Source: Desulfatiglandales bacterium
Lineage (GTDB): Bacteria; Desulfobacterota; DSM-4660; Desulfatiglandales; HGW-15
Direction: 5' to 3'
NCBI GenBank assembly: GCA_963667015.2
Contig: CAXXJJ010000004.1
Span: 2,624,001 to 2,688,000 of the forward strand
DNA: 64,000 nt
Translations under genes and position numbers: made by a program
Notes under the pieces: generated by a model
Database searches by the model: none
Seen by the model: the letters and a program-made list of their open reading frames with translations, nothing else
What the model was told of the DNA's origin: nothing
Shown: positions 48,130 to 58,150 of the stretch, one piece after another
Layout of the letters: every line of letters starts with the position of its first letter
Position numbering within the stretch: position 1 is the first letter of the stretch

Positions 48130-50628
48130 GTGGTAATGGCGCAGCAGAGTAAATATCTTGTGACAAAAGACGGCACTTTTGACCTCGCAGCTTACAGATG
48201 GGATGATAACCTGTTTTCAGACATGTTGATCAGAGAGAGCTCCATAGACAGTACCCGGGCTATGGATATAAGCAGATCTCTCCGGGAAGAAATCCATCAA
48301 ATGGAGCTTAAAACCATTACAATTCCCCTTCTCGAAGAAATTGTAGAGGCAAAACTTCTGGAATACGGCCTGAAAAAGAATACCCCCATTAAACTTGAAG
48401 GTTCTCTGTTCCTGAAGGAAGAGATTAACCTTTCAGAGAATGCCCTTACGGTGTTAAAGAAAAGATACCTCAAAAAAGACAGCAGCGGAAACCTGATTGA
48501 GACACCTGATCAGTTATTCAAACGGGTAGCCCACCATATAGCCCTTGCTGAAAAAAAATACGGAAACGAGTCCACTATTGAAAAGGTTGAGGAAAATTTT
48601 TATCGCATAATGACCGAATTCAAATTTCTCCCCAATTCCCCTACCCTTATGAATGCCGGCAGACGCCTTGGACAGCTTGCTGCATGCTTTGTACTTCCTG
48701 TTGCCGACAGTATGGATGCCATTTTTGACTCTCTCAAGAGTGCAGCCCTGATACATAAATCAGGCGGTGGGACCGGATTTTCCTTTTCAAGGCTTCGTCC
48801 GAAAAACAGCAGGGTTGGAACAACCGGAGGGGTAGCGTCCGGACCGATTTCTTTTATGAAGATTTTCAATACCGCTACGGAACAGGTCAAACAGGGTGGC
48901 ACACGAAGAGGCGCCAATATGGGAATACTCAGGGTGGACCATCCTGATATTATGGAGTTCATATACTGTAAAAGGGATAACAAGGAACTTAACAATTTTA
49001 ATATCTCTGTAGGAGTTACCGACAAATTTATGGAGGCCTTAAAAACCGGTGACAACTACGACCTGATAAATCCATGGGATAACAGTAAAGTTGGTGAAGC
49101 AAACAGCACTGACGTATATAATGCACTCTTGACGCAGGCATGGGATAACGGAGATCCCGGAATTATATTCCTTGACCGCATGAACAGGGACAATCCCACT
49201 CCTGAACTGGGTGATATTGAAAGTACGAATCCATGCGGAGAGCAGCCTCTGCTTCCTATGGAGGCCTGCAATCTGGGCTCTATTAACCTGGCCAAATATG
49301 TAATAGAAAACCAGGAAGAACCTGCAATTGATTATGAAGGTCTGAAGGAGATAATCTGGTGGAGTGTCAGGTTTCTGGATAATACCATTGATATGTCAAG
49401 ATACCCTCTCCCTGAAATAGATGCGATGGTGAAGGGAAACAGAAAGATAGGGCTCGGTATCATGGGATTTGCGGATATGCTCTACCAGTTGAAAATTCCC
49501 TACAACTCCGATCGCGCACTTGAAACAGCAGAGGAGGTCATGAGCTTCATTAATAATGAATCCCATGAAGCATCCAAATTTTTAGCTGAAGAGCGAGGGG
49601 TTTTTGATAATTTCAACTACAGTGTATTCAGGGACCGGGAAGATAAAAAATACCGCAACGCTACTACAACAACTATTGCCCCTACAGGAACGCTAAGCAT
49701 TCTAGCAGGCTGCTCAAGTGGAATAGAACCCCTCTTTGCTCTCAGCTTTGTGAGAAGGGTAATGGATAATAATATCCTGACGGAAGTGAACCCCTATTTT
49801 GAAACTGTTGCAAAGGAAAGGGGATTTTACAGCAATGAATTAATGGATACCATTGCGCAAAGGGGAACCATTCAGGGTATTGAAGAAATCCCCGAGGATG
49901 TAAGAAATATATTTGTCACTGCACACGATGTATCACCTGAGTGGCACATCAAAATGCAGGCAGCATTTCAGAAATATACCGATAATGCAGTATCCAAGAC
50001 AGTTAACCTGCCAAGAAACGCCACGGTAGAAGATGTTATGAAGGTCTACAACACGGCCTTTGAACTAGGCTGCAAGGGAGTTACAATATACAGGGATGGA
50101 AGCAAGGAAAACCAGGTATTAAGCTTCAGTGAAAAAGAAGAGGCTGAAAAGGTTTCATCCATGGCTGACATTAAAGAACGCCCGGAAACCCTTGAAGGTT
50201 TTACCACTAAAATGATGACCGGCATGGGTAATCTGTATGTAACGGTTACAGAGTATAATGGAAAACCATTTGAAATATTTGCAACAATTGGTAAATCAGG
50301 CAGATCAACAACAGCAAAAACAGAAGCAATAGGGCGGCTTGTTTCCCTGGCATTACGGTCGGGAGTAGATGTTGATAAAATAGTAAAACAGCTTGAGGGT
50401 ATAGGTGGGGAGTACCCTGTTTTTCAAAAGGACGGCCTTGTCCTTTCCATACCTGATGCAATCGCCCGTGTATTCAAAAACAGATATATGAATGGTAAAG
50501 GAAAAACCAGTTCATCAAAGGTTACCAACAGCCTGATGGGTGAAAAATGTCCGGAATGCGGACAGACAATAAGTTTTGAAGAAGGCTGCATGACCTGTCA
50601 TTTCTGCGGTTTTTCCAAATGCGGATAG
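48130..50628 (+). CDS. nrdJ: Class II (B12-dependent) ribonucleotide reductase
   Basis: NSPTLMNAG, ACFV, TNPCGEQ, IAPTGT; ATP-cone-like N-terminus and C-terminal TSCPD-like/Zn ribbon. No beta-subunit gene adjacent. Confidence 0.92.
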   Translation: MVMAQQSKYLVTKDGTFDLAAYRWDDNLFSDMLIRESSIDSTRAMDISRSLREEIHQMELKTITIPLLEEIVEAKLLEYGLKKNTPIKLEGSLFLKEEINLSENALTVLKKRYLKKDSSGNLIETPDQLFKRVAHHIALAEKKYGNESTIEKVEENFYRIMTEFKFLPNSPTLMNAGRRLGQLAACFVLPVADSMDAIFDSLKSAALIHKSGGGTGFSFSRLRPKNSRVGTTGGVASGPISFMKIFNTATEQVKQGGTRRGANMGILRVDHPDIMEFIYCKRDNKELNNFNISVGVTDKFMEALKTGDNYDLINPWDNSKVGEANSTDVYNALLTQAWDNGDPGIIFLDRMNRDNPTPELGDIESTNPCGEQPLLPMEACNLGSINLAKYVIENQEEPAIDYEGLKEIIWWSVRFLDNTIDMSRYPLPEIDAMVKGNRKIGLGIMGFADMLYQLKIPYNSDRALETAEEVMSFINNESHEASKFLAEERGVFDNFNYSVFRDREDKKYRNATTTTIAPTGTLSILAGCSSGIEPLFALSFVRRVMDNNILTEVNPYFETVAKERGFYSNELMDTIAQRGTIQGIEEIPEDVRNIFVTAHDVSPEWHIKMQAAFQKYTDNAVSKTVNLPRNATVEDVMKVYNTAFELGCKGVTIYRDGSKENQVLSFSEKEEAEKVSSMADIKERPETLEGFTTKMMTGMGNLYVTVTEYNGKPFEIFATIGKSGRSTTAKTEAIGRLVSLALRSGVDVDKIVKQLEGIGGEYPVFQKDGLVLSIPDAIARVFKNRYMNGKGKTSSSKVTNSLMGEKCPECGQTISFEEGCMTCHFCGFSKCG

Positions 50629-50656
50629 AATGAACTTTATCAGATGTTAGTGTCAC

Positions 50657-50704
50657 CAAGGGTGCCTTCAGAATTATCAATTTCTGCAAGCACCCTTGCT
50701 TTTT
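50657..50704 (+). terminator. Probable terminator after nrdJ
   Basis: CAAGGGTGC...GCACCCTTG followed by a T-run. Confidence 0.65.
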
Positions 50705-50731
50705 ATACAACTCCTATATTTATTTTAGAAA

Positions 50732-51427
50732 ATGATAGAATGGCCAAAACTTATTAAGGGAACCCTTATTAAAAGATACAAGCGCTTCCTGACCGATGTC
50801 AAACTGGGAAATGGCCATACTGTAACTGCACTTTGTCCTAATACCGGAAGCATGAAAAGCTGTTCCGAGGCGGGACGATCAGTTTATCTTTCCAGGCACA
50901 ACAGGCCCGAGAGAAAGTTAAAATATACATGGGAACTTATAGAAATGCCAACCTCCCTTGTGGGTGTGAACACAGGAATTCCAAATAAACTTGTAAAAAA
51001 ATCCATAGAAAACAAGCTGATTAAGGAACTTTCTGATTTTGACGAGATCCGGTCTGAAGTAAAATATGGCAAGAATTCACGGATTGATATCCTTCTTTTG
51101 AAAGGTAATAAAAAAACATTTATAGAGGTAAAAAACTGCACCCTGATGGAAAATGGCATATGCTACTTTCCTGATGCGGTTACATCGAGAGGACTTAAGC
51201 ATCTACGCGAACTCCAGAGAGAAGTACAGTCAGGCAACAGAGCCGTAATGTTTTACCTGATACAGCGGATGGATGTAACCCGTTTTGAACCAGCCTCTCA
51301 TATTGATCCTGCCTATTCCGAAGAACTGAAAAATGCCCATAATAACGGGGTAGAAATACTGGCATTCGACGTAAATATTGATATAAAAGAGATATCTATC
51401 AACAGATCAATTCCATTCAAACTGTGA
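50732..51427 (+). CDS. sfsA: DNA/RNA nuclease SfsA
   Basis: RYKRFL, PNTGSM, SRID, EVK, FPDAVTSRGLKHL. Confidence 0.95.
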   Translation: MIEWPKLIKGTLIKRYKRFLTDVKLGNGHTVTALCPNTGSMKSCSEAGRSVYLSRHNRPERKLKYTWELIEMPTSLVGVNTGIPNKLVKKSIENKLIKELSDFDEIRSEVKYGKNSRIDILLLKGNKKTFIEVKNCTLMENGICYFPDAVTSRGLKHLRELQREVQSGNRAVMFYLIQRMDVTRFEPASHIDPAYSEELKNAHNNGVEILAFDVNIDIKEISINRSIPFKL

Positions 51428-51449
51428 ACAGTTAACAAACAAGGAAGCA

Positions 51450-53651
51450 ATGCAGGAAAAAGACCCCCTTGTAGAACTTGAAGGACAAATCCACAAAATA
51501 AAATACAGCAGTAATGATACGGGGTATTCCATCCTAAGCATGCATATCGCTGGACATAAAGACCCTGTAATTGCGGTTGGAAATATTTTATCACCATCAC
51601 CGGGTGAAACCCTGAAATTATCCGGACAATGGTCAACACATCCTAAATTCGGCAAACAGTTTAAGGTAGAAACCTATACAATTAAAAATCCCGCATCAAT
51701 CCAGGGCATAGAAAACTTTCTTGGATCAGGCCTCATTAAAGGAATTGGTCCTAAAATGGCCGGAAGAATTGTAAAACAATTCGGTAAAGACAGCCTTGAG
51801 ATTATTGATCACCACCCTGAAGAACTAAACAAAATAGATGGAATCGGGCCTAAACGTATCAGTAAGATCAAAGAGGCGTGGGATGAGCAGAAGCATATCA
51901 GGGACCTTATGATATTCCTCCAGGCATATGATATAGGCTCCGGGCAGGCTATAAGGGTATTCAGGAGATATGGCCAGGGTGCCATTCCAGTATTAAAAGA
52001 AAATCCTTACAAACTCGCTTCAGAGGTACTCGGTATAGGCTTTCGAACTGCTGACAATATTGCAGAGAAACTGGGATTTGAGAAAAATTCTCCTGTGCGT
52101 GCGGAAGCCGGTATAATTTTCATCTTAAATCAGTTATCCGAAGAGGGGCATGTCTATTACCCCTTTGGTAAGCTGACTGAGAAATGCAAAGAAATACTTC
52201 AGGTAAATACTGACATAATATACAGGGCAATAGATACCCTCGAATTAAAGGGGAATGTCATAATTGAACGCACACTTATTAACCATAATGAAACTTCTCA
52301 AGATAATAAATCTGTCTATCTTACAAAATATTTTACCGCTGAAAAAGGTATAGCAGAGAATCTTATTAGAATTATTTCTGGGGAACAACCTTTCAGGAAT
52401 GTCAATGCTGACAAGGCCCTGAAGTGGATTCAGCGTGAGATTAACATTGATCTAGCTGAAAAGCAGATTCTCGCCATAGAGACAGCTCTTCGTTCTAAAT
52501 TGATGATAATAACCGGAGGACCCGGAACAGGAAAAACAACGGTTATTAATGCAATTATCAGAATATTTAAGGAATTAAATTTAAAGATTCTGCTTGCAGC
52601 CCCGACAGGACGTGCAGCAAACCGAATGAGCGAAACGACCCGGCACCCGGCAAAAACTATTCACCGGGCACTTGAATACGCACCAAATCAGGGCTCATTC
52701 CGAAGAAACAGAGAAAACCCGCTCGATGCTGACATTCTCATTCTCGATGAAGTATCAATGATAGATACGCGGTTAATGAATTATATGCTCGAAGCAGTAC
52801 CGGACAGGGCAGTAGTTATACTGGTAGGGGACACCAATCAGCTGCCATCTGTGGGCCCAGGCAATGTGCTCGGAGAGATTATCGAATCAGAAAAAATCCC
52901 TTTCGTTGAGCTCAATGAAATCTTCCGACAGGCGAAGGGGAGTAATATAATTATAAATGCACATCGGGTTAACAGAGGATTGATGCCAGAGATAGTAACC
53001 GAGGGCAGTCAAACCGATTTTTATTTCATTGAACAGGATTCTCCTGAAAGGGTTTTAACCATCATTCTTGAACTTGTAAAAAAGAGAATTCCTGATAGAT
53101 TTGCACTTGACCCATTTAGTGAAATCCAGGTTATCTCGCCCATGCATAAGGGCGTTATCGGGACAGAGAACCTTAACAGGGCACTTCAGGATGCCATTAA
53201 CCCTGTTGAATCGAAGCTGGTTAAGGGATATAGGAATTTCAGGGTTAATGACAAGGTAATGCAGACAAAAAATAATTATGAAAAAGAAATATATAATGGT
53301 GATATTGGAAGGATAATAGATATCTCCCCGGAGAAGCAGAGAGTCAGCATATTATTTGAGCAGAAGGAGATCGAATATGAGTATAACGAAATGGATGAAC
53401 TTACACTTGCCTACGCCATATCAGTACATAAATCGCAGGGGAGCGAATACCCGGCAGTCATTCTGCCTCTTCTTACGCAACATTACATTATGCTGCAGAG
53501 AAACCTTATTTACACGGCAATAACCCGGGGAAAAAGTCTGGTTGTTGTTACAGGCAGTAAAAAGGCATTTGAGATAGGCATAAAAAATGACCGTGTTACA
53601 AAACGCTTTACTCATCTTTCCCGGATGATAAAAAAAGCACCACTGACATAA
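51450..53651 (+). CDS. recD2: RecD2-like helicase
   Basis: HhH N-terminus (GIGPK), GGPGTGKT, DEVSM, HKSQGSEY, YTAITR. Confidence 0.93.
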   Translation: MQEKDPLVELEGQIHKIKYSSNDTGYSILSMHIAGHKDPVIAVGNILSPSPGETLKLSGQWSTHPKFGKQFKVETYTIKNPASIQGIENFLGSGLIKGIGPKMAGRIVKQFGKDSLEIIDHHPEELNKIDGIGPKRISKIKEAWDEQKHIRDLMIFLQAYDIGSGQAIRVFRRYGQGAIPVLKENPYKLASEVLGIGFRTADNIAEKLGFEKNSPVRAEAGIIFILNQLSEEGHVYYPFGKLTEKCKEILQVNTDIIYRAIDTLELKGNVIIERTLINHNETSQDNKSVYLTKYFTAEKGIAENLIRIISGEQPFRNVNADKALKWIQREINIDLAEKQILAIETALRSKLMIITGGPGTGKTTVINAIIRIFKELNLKILLAAPTGRAANRMSETTRHPAKTIHRALEYAPNQGSFRRNRENPLDADILILDEVSMIDTRLMNYMLEAVPDRAVVILVGDTNQLPSVGPGNVLGEIIESEKIPFVELNEIFRQAKGSNIIINAHRVNRGLMPEIVTEGSQTDFYFIEQDSPERVLTIILELVKKRIPDRFALDPFSEIQVISPMHKGVIGTENLNRALQDAINPVESKLVKGYRNFRVNDKVMQTKNNYEKEIYNGDIGRIIDISPEKQRVSILFEQKEIEYEYNEMDELTLAYAISVHKSQGSEYPAVILPLLTQHYIMLQRNLIYTAITRGKSLVVVTGSKKAFEIGIKNDRVTKRFTHLSRMIKKAPLT

Positions 53652-53672
53652 CCGATGACAGTGGTGCTTTTT
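53632..53672. terminator. Bidirectional terminator
   Basis: AAAAAGCACCACTG...CAGTGGTGCTTTTT. Confidence 0.75.
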
Positions 53673-53752
53673 ATGTAAACGCTTTAAATAGAACAACTTT
53701 TGTATCTATTTCAAATCAAAGCTATTGAAATCGGAATGCTCTGATAAACCCA

Positions 53753-56599
53753 TTAATCATCAAGGATATTGTCAATCATACCTGCTGAGACAGCAATATT
53801 ATACATTATACCTGTTGTATCCTTGAGAAACTTCATCCAGCCAAATTTCATCATCTTTTTAGGCACAATGATCGTATCACCTGGATTTAACTCAATTGAT
53901 CTGAAGGAACCGAATCCCCATCTGTGATTCGATCCGTCCCAGCTGAATAATCCAAGCTTGCTCTGTTTCTTGCTTACAACACTACCATCTGCCCTTACTA
54001 TATAAATCTGCTTTTTATCGGCATTATCGGTCATACCGCCAACAATATTAATATAGTGTCCGACATCCCCTCCGGAGGTGTGTATAATGGCGTTGGGATT
54101 GTAAACCTCCCCTATCACAAAGACGGAGTCGGGTCTTTTTCCAACAGTAAACCTGTCACCAGGCCTGAGTTCAAGATCATTATCTCCTGACGGCATGAGT
54201 ATAACATCCGAGAGATCAATCACCATACGACCGGTCGGCTCTGCCTGTTTTAATTTTTCAAGCATTTCTTTTTTAGCATTAAGAGTTTGAAGGGCTATTT
54301 GCGCCTGGTCAGAATCCAGGGCCGACTCCGCAGTAAAGGCACTTACTGTAAAAATATCCTCTTCGAGTTTATCGACATATTCCCGTTTTCTGGCAGCCCA
54401 TATCTCTTTTGCTGATTCCCTGGTAAAGACTGCACCATAGGGATATGCCTCCGCGGTAAGTCCTCCTGCCCTTTCAATGACTGAGGATATTTTTTCGCCC
54501 TCTGAAAAACTGTACTCACCTGGGAACCTGAATTCACCTTCAAGATAGACTCTTCTTTCAAGGGATGAATTATATTTTGGTATTTCCCTTATGTATATCT
54601 GATCATCCCCCTGAAGTGTCAGGTTATCTTCAGAGCTTCCTTCTATAGCTTTCTGCGGTGAGAAATTAATCTTTATTATATCAGTTCCGGATTCACCTGA
54701 TACGATCCTGGTTAATTCACCCCTTGTAAGATATGCATTTCGGGTTGTATTTCCAGCTGCAAATATCAGATCTTTAATTGTCATTCCTTCATAGAGTCTG
54801 AAGATGCCTGGATTTCTCAAGGCCCCGCTTATGGATATTTCGGGAATATTCTGTTTCTCCCAGGCATTGTAGATCTTAATCCTGTCCCGGTCTTTTAATA
54901 TCAGATTCTGACTCTCATCCCCATCCAGCATCGCTCCAAGGTCAAAGGGCCTTATTTCAGGATGCAGATCAGGAGGGACAAGTCTTATTATTTCAGCCTG
55001 ATGGAGATAAGGTTCGGGAAGGAGGTAATCATAAGAGGGAATGATATCTTTTATTCTCATTCCTTCTTTCAATTCATATTCATTCGGATACTTGACATTC
55101 CCCTCCAGATAGACAATTTTTTCAATATCTTTATGGACCGGGTATATCTTTATCAGATCACCGTCTTTTATAATGGTTTTCAAATTTGTCGACGTTTCCT
55201 CATTCAGAGGGTCAAGATTAAAACTGACGACTTCTCTCCGTGTATGTCCAATTATCCTTTCAATAATTACATTTTGAAGGTGACTGGTAGGAAGAACTCC
55301 ACCGGCAAGTTTGATTATTTCTTCAAGTGTCTGCTCATTTTTCATCTCATAAATAGCAGGCCTTTTAACATGACCTGAAACAGCGACTGTTGGACCAATA
55401 ACAGGAACAAATACTGTATATCCCTGTTTAAGGGTAATATCATTTTCTTTCAAGCCATTAATGAAAAAATCATATAAGTCGATTGTTTTCAGGAGTTCGC
55501 CATTACTGAGGATATTTATGTTTCTTAAACTTCCATTTTTACTGGGACCACCGGATGCTGAAAGGGCTGAGACAACTGAGGAAAGAGAGCTTAAATTGTA
55601 TGTCCCGGGCCTATTCAGCTCACCGACCATATAAATATTAATAACTTTAAGAGCACCCATCGTAATACTCATATTAAAATCAGGGTAATACTCCTTGAAT
55701 TTGTTATTGAGAATTTTTTTCAGCTCAGAAAATGTTAAACCGCCAACAATCAATGTGCCAAGTCGTGGAAGAGTTATTCCTCCGTCCCTGGAGACGGTGA
55801 CCACATGGGTTTCTTCCACCTTTCCCCAGAGATGTATGGTAAAAGAGTCCTGGGGACCGATAAGATAATCAGGCCCAACCGGTATATTTTTTTCCGGAGT
55901 GAACGGATATCCCTGTTTAAAGAAATCATATCCGAACTGATGCAGCTTTATATCAATCTTTGGGGATATCTGACCTGAAAAAATCTTTTCGAGCCTGGAA
56001 AGCTCCTTATCTTTTTCTCCAAACCCATTTTCACCAATGTCTTCATCACGTATATCAATTCCTGACATTAATTCAGGGTAGTTGTCCAGCCAGTTCTTTT
56101 TTTCACCAGGTGATAAACTGTTAACTAATCTTGATTTTTCGATACTTCCCAGATTACTCAGTATTATAATTCTATCTTGATCACTAATCTGGGTAAACAG
56201 ATCTATTTTTTCGCTGTCATTAAGGGTTTGAAATATTTTTTGTTTATCGGTATCACTAAGACTCTGAAACAAATTTCGTTTTTGTGTGTTTGATAGCAAA
56301 CTGAACAAATCCTGTTTTTCCTCATTGTCCAGATTAGCAAACAATTCGGATAACTCATCTGTACTCAGAGAACCAATTATTTCCCTTTTTTGAGACTCAC
56401 TTAATGATTTGCTATACCCAAAACCTTTTGTTCCCAGCCCCAGGGCTCCAATAGAAGAACTTCCTATTTTTTGCTTGAAATCCTGTTCACCTGGTGCTCT
56501 TGTAACCTGTGCAAAACATCTTGAAGAAATTAATACAGTAAACACAATACAGAGAACAAATAGAAACTTGAGCATGATACGGTGCGAATAAGAGATCAT
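53753..56599 (-). CDS. Polysaccharide export protein with multiple SLBB domains (KpsD/Wza-like)
   Basis: FGYDFF, YLIGPQD Poly_export domain, repeated VxGxVxxPGxY SLBB units. Confidence 0.9.
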   Translation of the reverse strand: MISYSHRIMLKFLFVLCIVFTVLISSRCFAQVTRAPGEQDFKQKIGSSSIGALGLGTKGFGYSKSLSESQKREIIGSLSTDELSELFANLDNEEKQDLFSLLSNTQKRNLFQSLSDTDKQKIFQTLNDSEKIDLFTQISDQDRIIILSNLGSIEKSRLVNSLSPGEKKNWLDNYPELMSGIDIRDEDIGENGFGEKDKELSRLEKIFSGQISPKIDIKLHQFGYDFFKQGYPFTPEKNIPVGPDYLIGPQDSFTIHLWGKVEETHVVTVSRDGGITLPRLGTLIVGGLTFSELKKILNNKFKEYYPDFNMSITMGALKVINIYMVGELNRPGTYNLSSLSSVVSALSASGGPSKNGSLRNINILSNGELLKTIDLYDFFINGLKENDITLKQGYTVFVPVIGPTVAVSGHVKRPAIYEMKNEQTLEEIIKLAGGVLPTSHLQNVIIERIIGHTRREVVSFNLDPLNEETSTNLKTIIKDGDLIKIYPVHKDIEKIVYLEGNVKYPNEYELKEGMRIKDIIPSYDYLLPEPYLHQAEIIRLVPPDLHPEIRPFDLGAMLDGDESQNLILKDRDRIKIYNAWEKQNIPEISISGALRNPGIFRLYEGMTIKDLIFAAGNTTRNAYLTRGELTRIVSGESGTDIIKINFSPQKAIEGSSEDNLTLQGDDQIYIREIPKYNSSLERRVYLEGEFRFPGEYSFSEGEKISSVIERAGGLTAEAYPYGAVFTRESAKEIWAARKREYVDKLEEDIFTVSAFTAESALDSDQAQIALQTLNAKKEMLEKLKQAEPTGRMVIDLSDVILMPSGDNDLELRPGDRFTVGKRPDSVFVIGEVYNPNAIIHTSGGDVGHYINIVGGMTDNADKKQIYIVRADGSVVSKKQSKLGLFSWDGSNHRWGFGSFRSIELNPGDTIIVPKKMMKFGWMKFLKDTTGIMYNIAVSAGMIDNILDD

Positions 56600-56918
56600 C
56601 GCGAAGATACCTTTCCTTTATTTCAACAATTACAGATAGTTAATGATAAAACCGGGACAGATTTATATACTTTGGCATTGCAAGGGTTTATATATTACAT
56701 ATAACTATTAATCAAGAATAAATAATGTCGGTTAGATATGGTTGGACAATGATAAAATCCTTTTGGGGACCTGACATGTTCTAGTATTTGTAAAAGGGAA
56801 TGCTACTTATTTGCAGTAAATTTTAAAATTTGTTCAGATAAAAGGAAACTTTATGCTTAATCCAATACTGAAACATTACCAAGTCTACCTTTACAATCTA
56901 AAAAGAGAGTACAAACGC

Positions 56919-56958
56919 TTTTAGGGTGGCCAGATTATCCTGACCACCCTAAAAAAAA
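56919..56958. terminator. Intrinsic terminator
   Basis: TTTTAGGGTGG...CCACCCTAAAAAAAA. Confidence 0.8.
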
Positions 56959-56976
56959 CTTAATTTTTAATGATGA

Positions 56977-57243
56977 TTAGTGGTGACTGGTCGCAGTATG
57001 AGAATCAGCAGCATCATCATCATCAATAGCAGCGGCTACTGCAACACCAATAGCAACGGCTGCAGCTGATATTCCAACGATAGCGGCTGTACTAAGCTCT
57101 GCAGCTCCTCCAGCTCCAGCGGTCCCAGCTGCTGCTGACCCGGATTCAGGCTGGGCAAAAGATACAGATGAAGTCACTGGCACTAAAATCAAAGCTAACG
57201 ACAGAATACTAACAACAAATCTCCATGAAAAACTTTTTTTCAT
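56977..57243 (-). CDS. Small secreted Ala/Gly-rich protein (YjbE/GfcA-like)
   Basis: Signal peptide, AAVAIGVAVAAA, acidic tail; GGAGG RBS. Confidence 0.7.
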   Translation of the reverse strand: MKKSFSWRFVVSILSLALILVPVTSSVSFAQPESGSAAAGTAGAGGAAELSTAAIVGISAAAVAIGVAVAAAIDDDDAADSHTATSHH

Positions 57244-57608
57244 CTTAAACCCTCCAAGGTTAATGTTTAGCCCCTCCCATTTATGAAAACCAGATTAAAG
57301 AACATTTATAATGCATAGTCAAGCTTTTTTTCTTTTAGATATTCTATTATTTATTTTTTAAACTTTGATTGAAAACAGATGATATGTTTCAATCAATCGA
57401 CATAAGCATGATGTTTCTTTAACAATAATATTGATTTTTATTAAATACTTATTAATAATTTGTCAAGCTATAAATATAAGTTGAATTAATTAATATATTT
57501 AAATAAATGAATCTTATTTTTATCACACATAATTTAGAATTTTAATATTAAAAACGAATTATTTGCTTTTCACATATTATTAATCTTTTACCGCCAAGGG
57601 GAGAGGAA

Positions 57609-58130
57609 ATGAGGTTCATATATTGCTCGATTGTTTTAATTTGTATTATTGCACTGTTTTCAGGTTGTGCATCAGATAAACGCTATACAGGAGGGAAACT
57701 GATTACAGGACCGGCAGCCACTGATATTGTCAACTATGTCAATCAGGGACTGATCGCCATTGCGGAATTAGAGCAAAAGTCTTTTGAACGATATGAAAAT
57801 GTAACCGGAAAAAATTTTACAACTAATCAGGAACTCATTGAATCATTAAAAAACTTTGTTATTCCAACTTATAAAAGATTTTTGACAGGCCTGAAAAATA
57901 TAAATCCCGAAAATACCGAGATCCGGCCGGTTCATGCCATATATATAAGGGCAGCTGAATCAACACTTGAAGGATTTAATATGATATTGATCGGCTGTGA
58001 GAATAATGATGAAGGCATAATAAAGCATGGAAATAAAAAGCTTGAAGAAGGTCGTGTCGGAATTGATAAATGGCGGACTGAACTTAATGAGCTTTATAAA
58101 AAACATGGTGTTGCAGAGCTAAATGGATAG
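57609..58130 (+). CDS. Putative lipoprotein
   Basis: Lipobox-like FSGC after a hydrophobic stretch. Confidence 0.75.
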   Translation: MRFIYCSIVLICIIALFSGCASDKRYTGGKLITGPAATDIVNYVNQGLIAIAELEQKSFERYENVTGKNFTTNQELIESLKNFVIPTYKRFLTGLKNINPENTEIRPVHAIYIRAAESTLEGFNMILIGCENNDEGIIKHGNKKLEEGRVGIDKWRTELNELYKKHGVAELNG

Positions 58131-58150
58131 CAATTTAAACTACAGAAACG

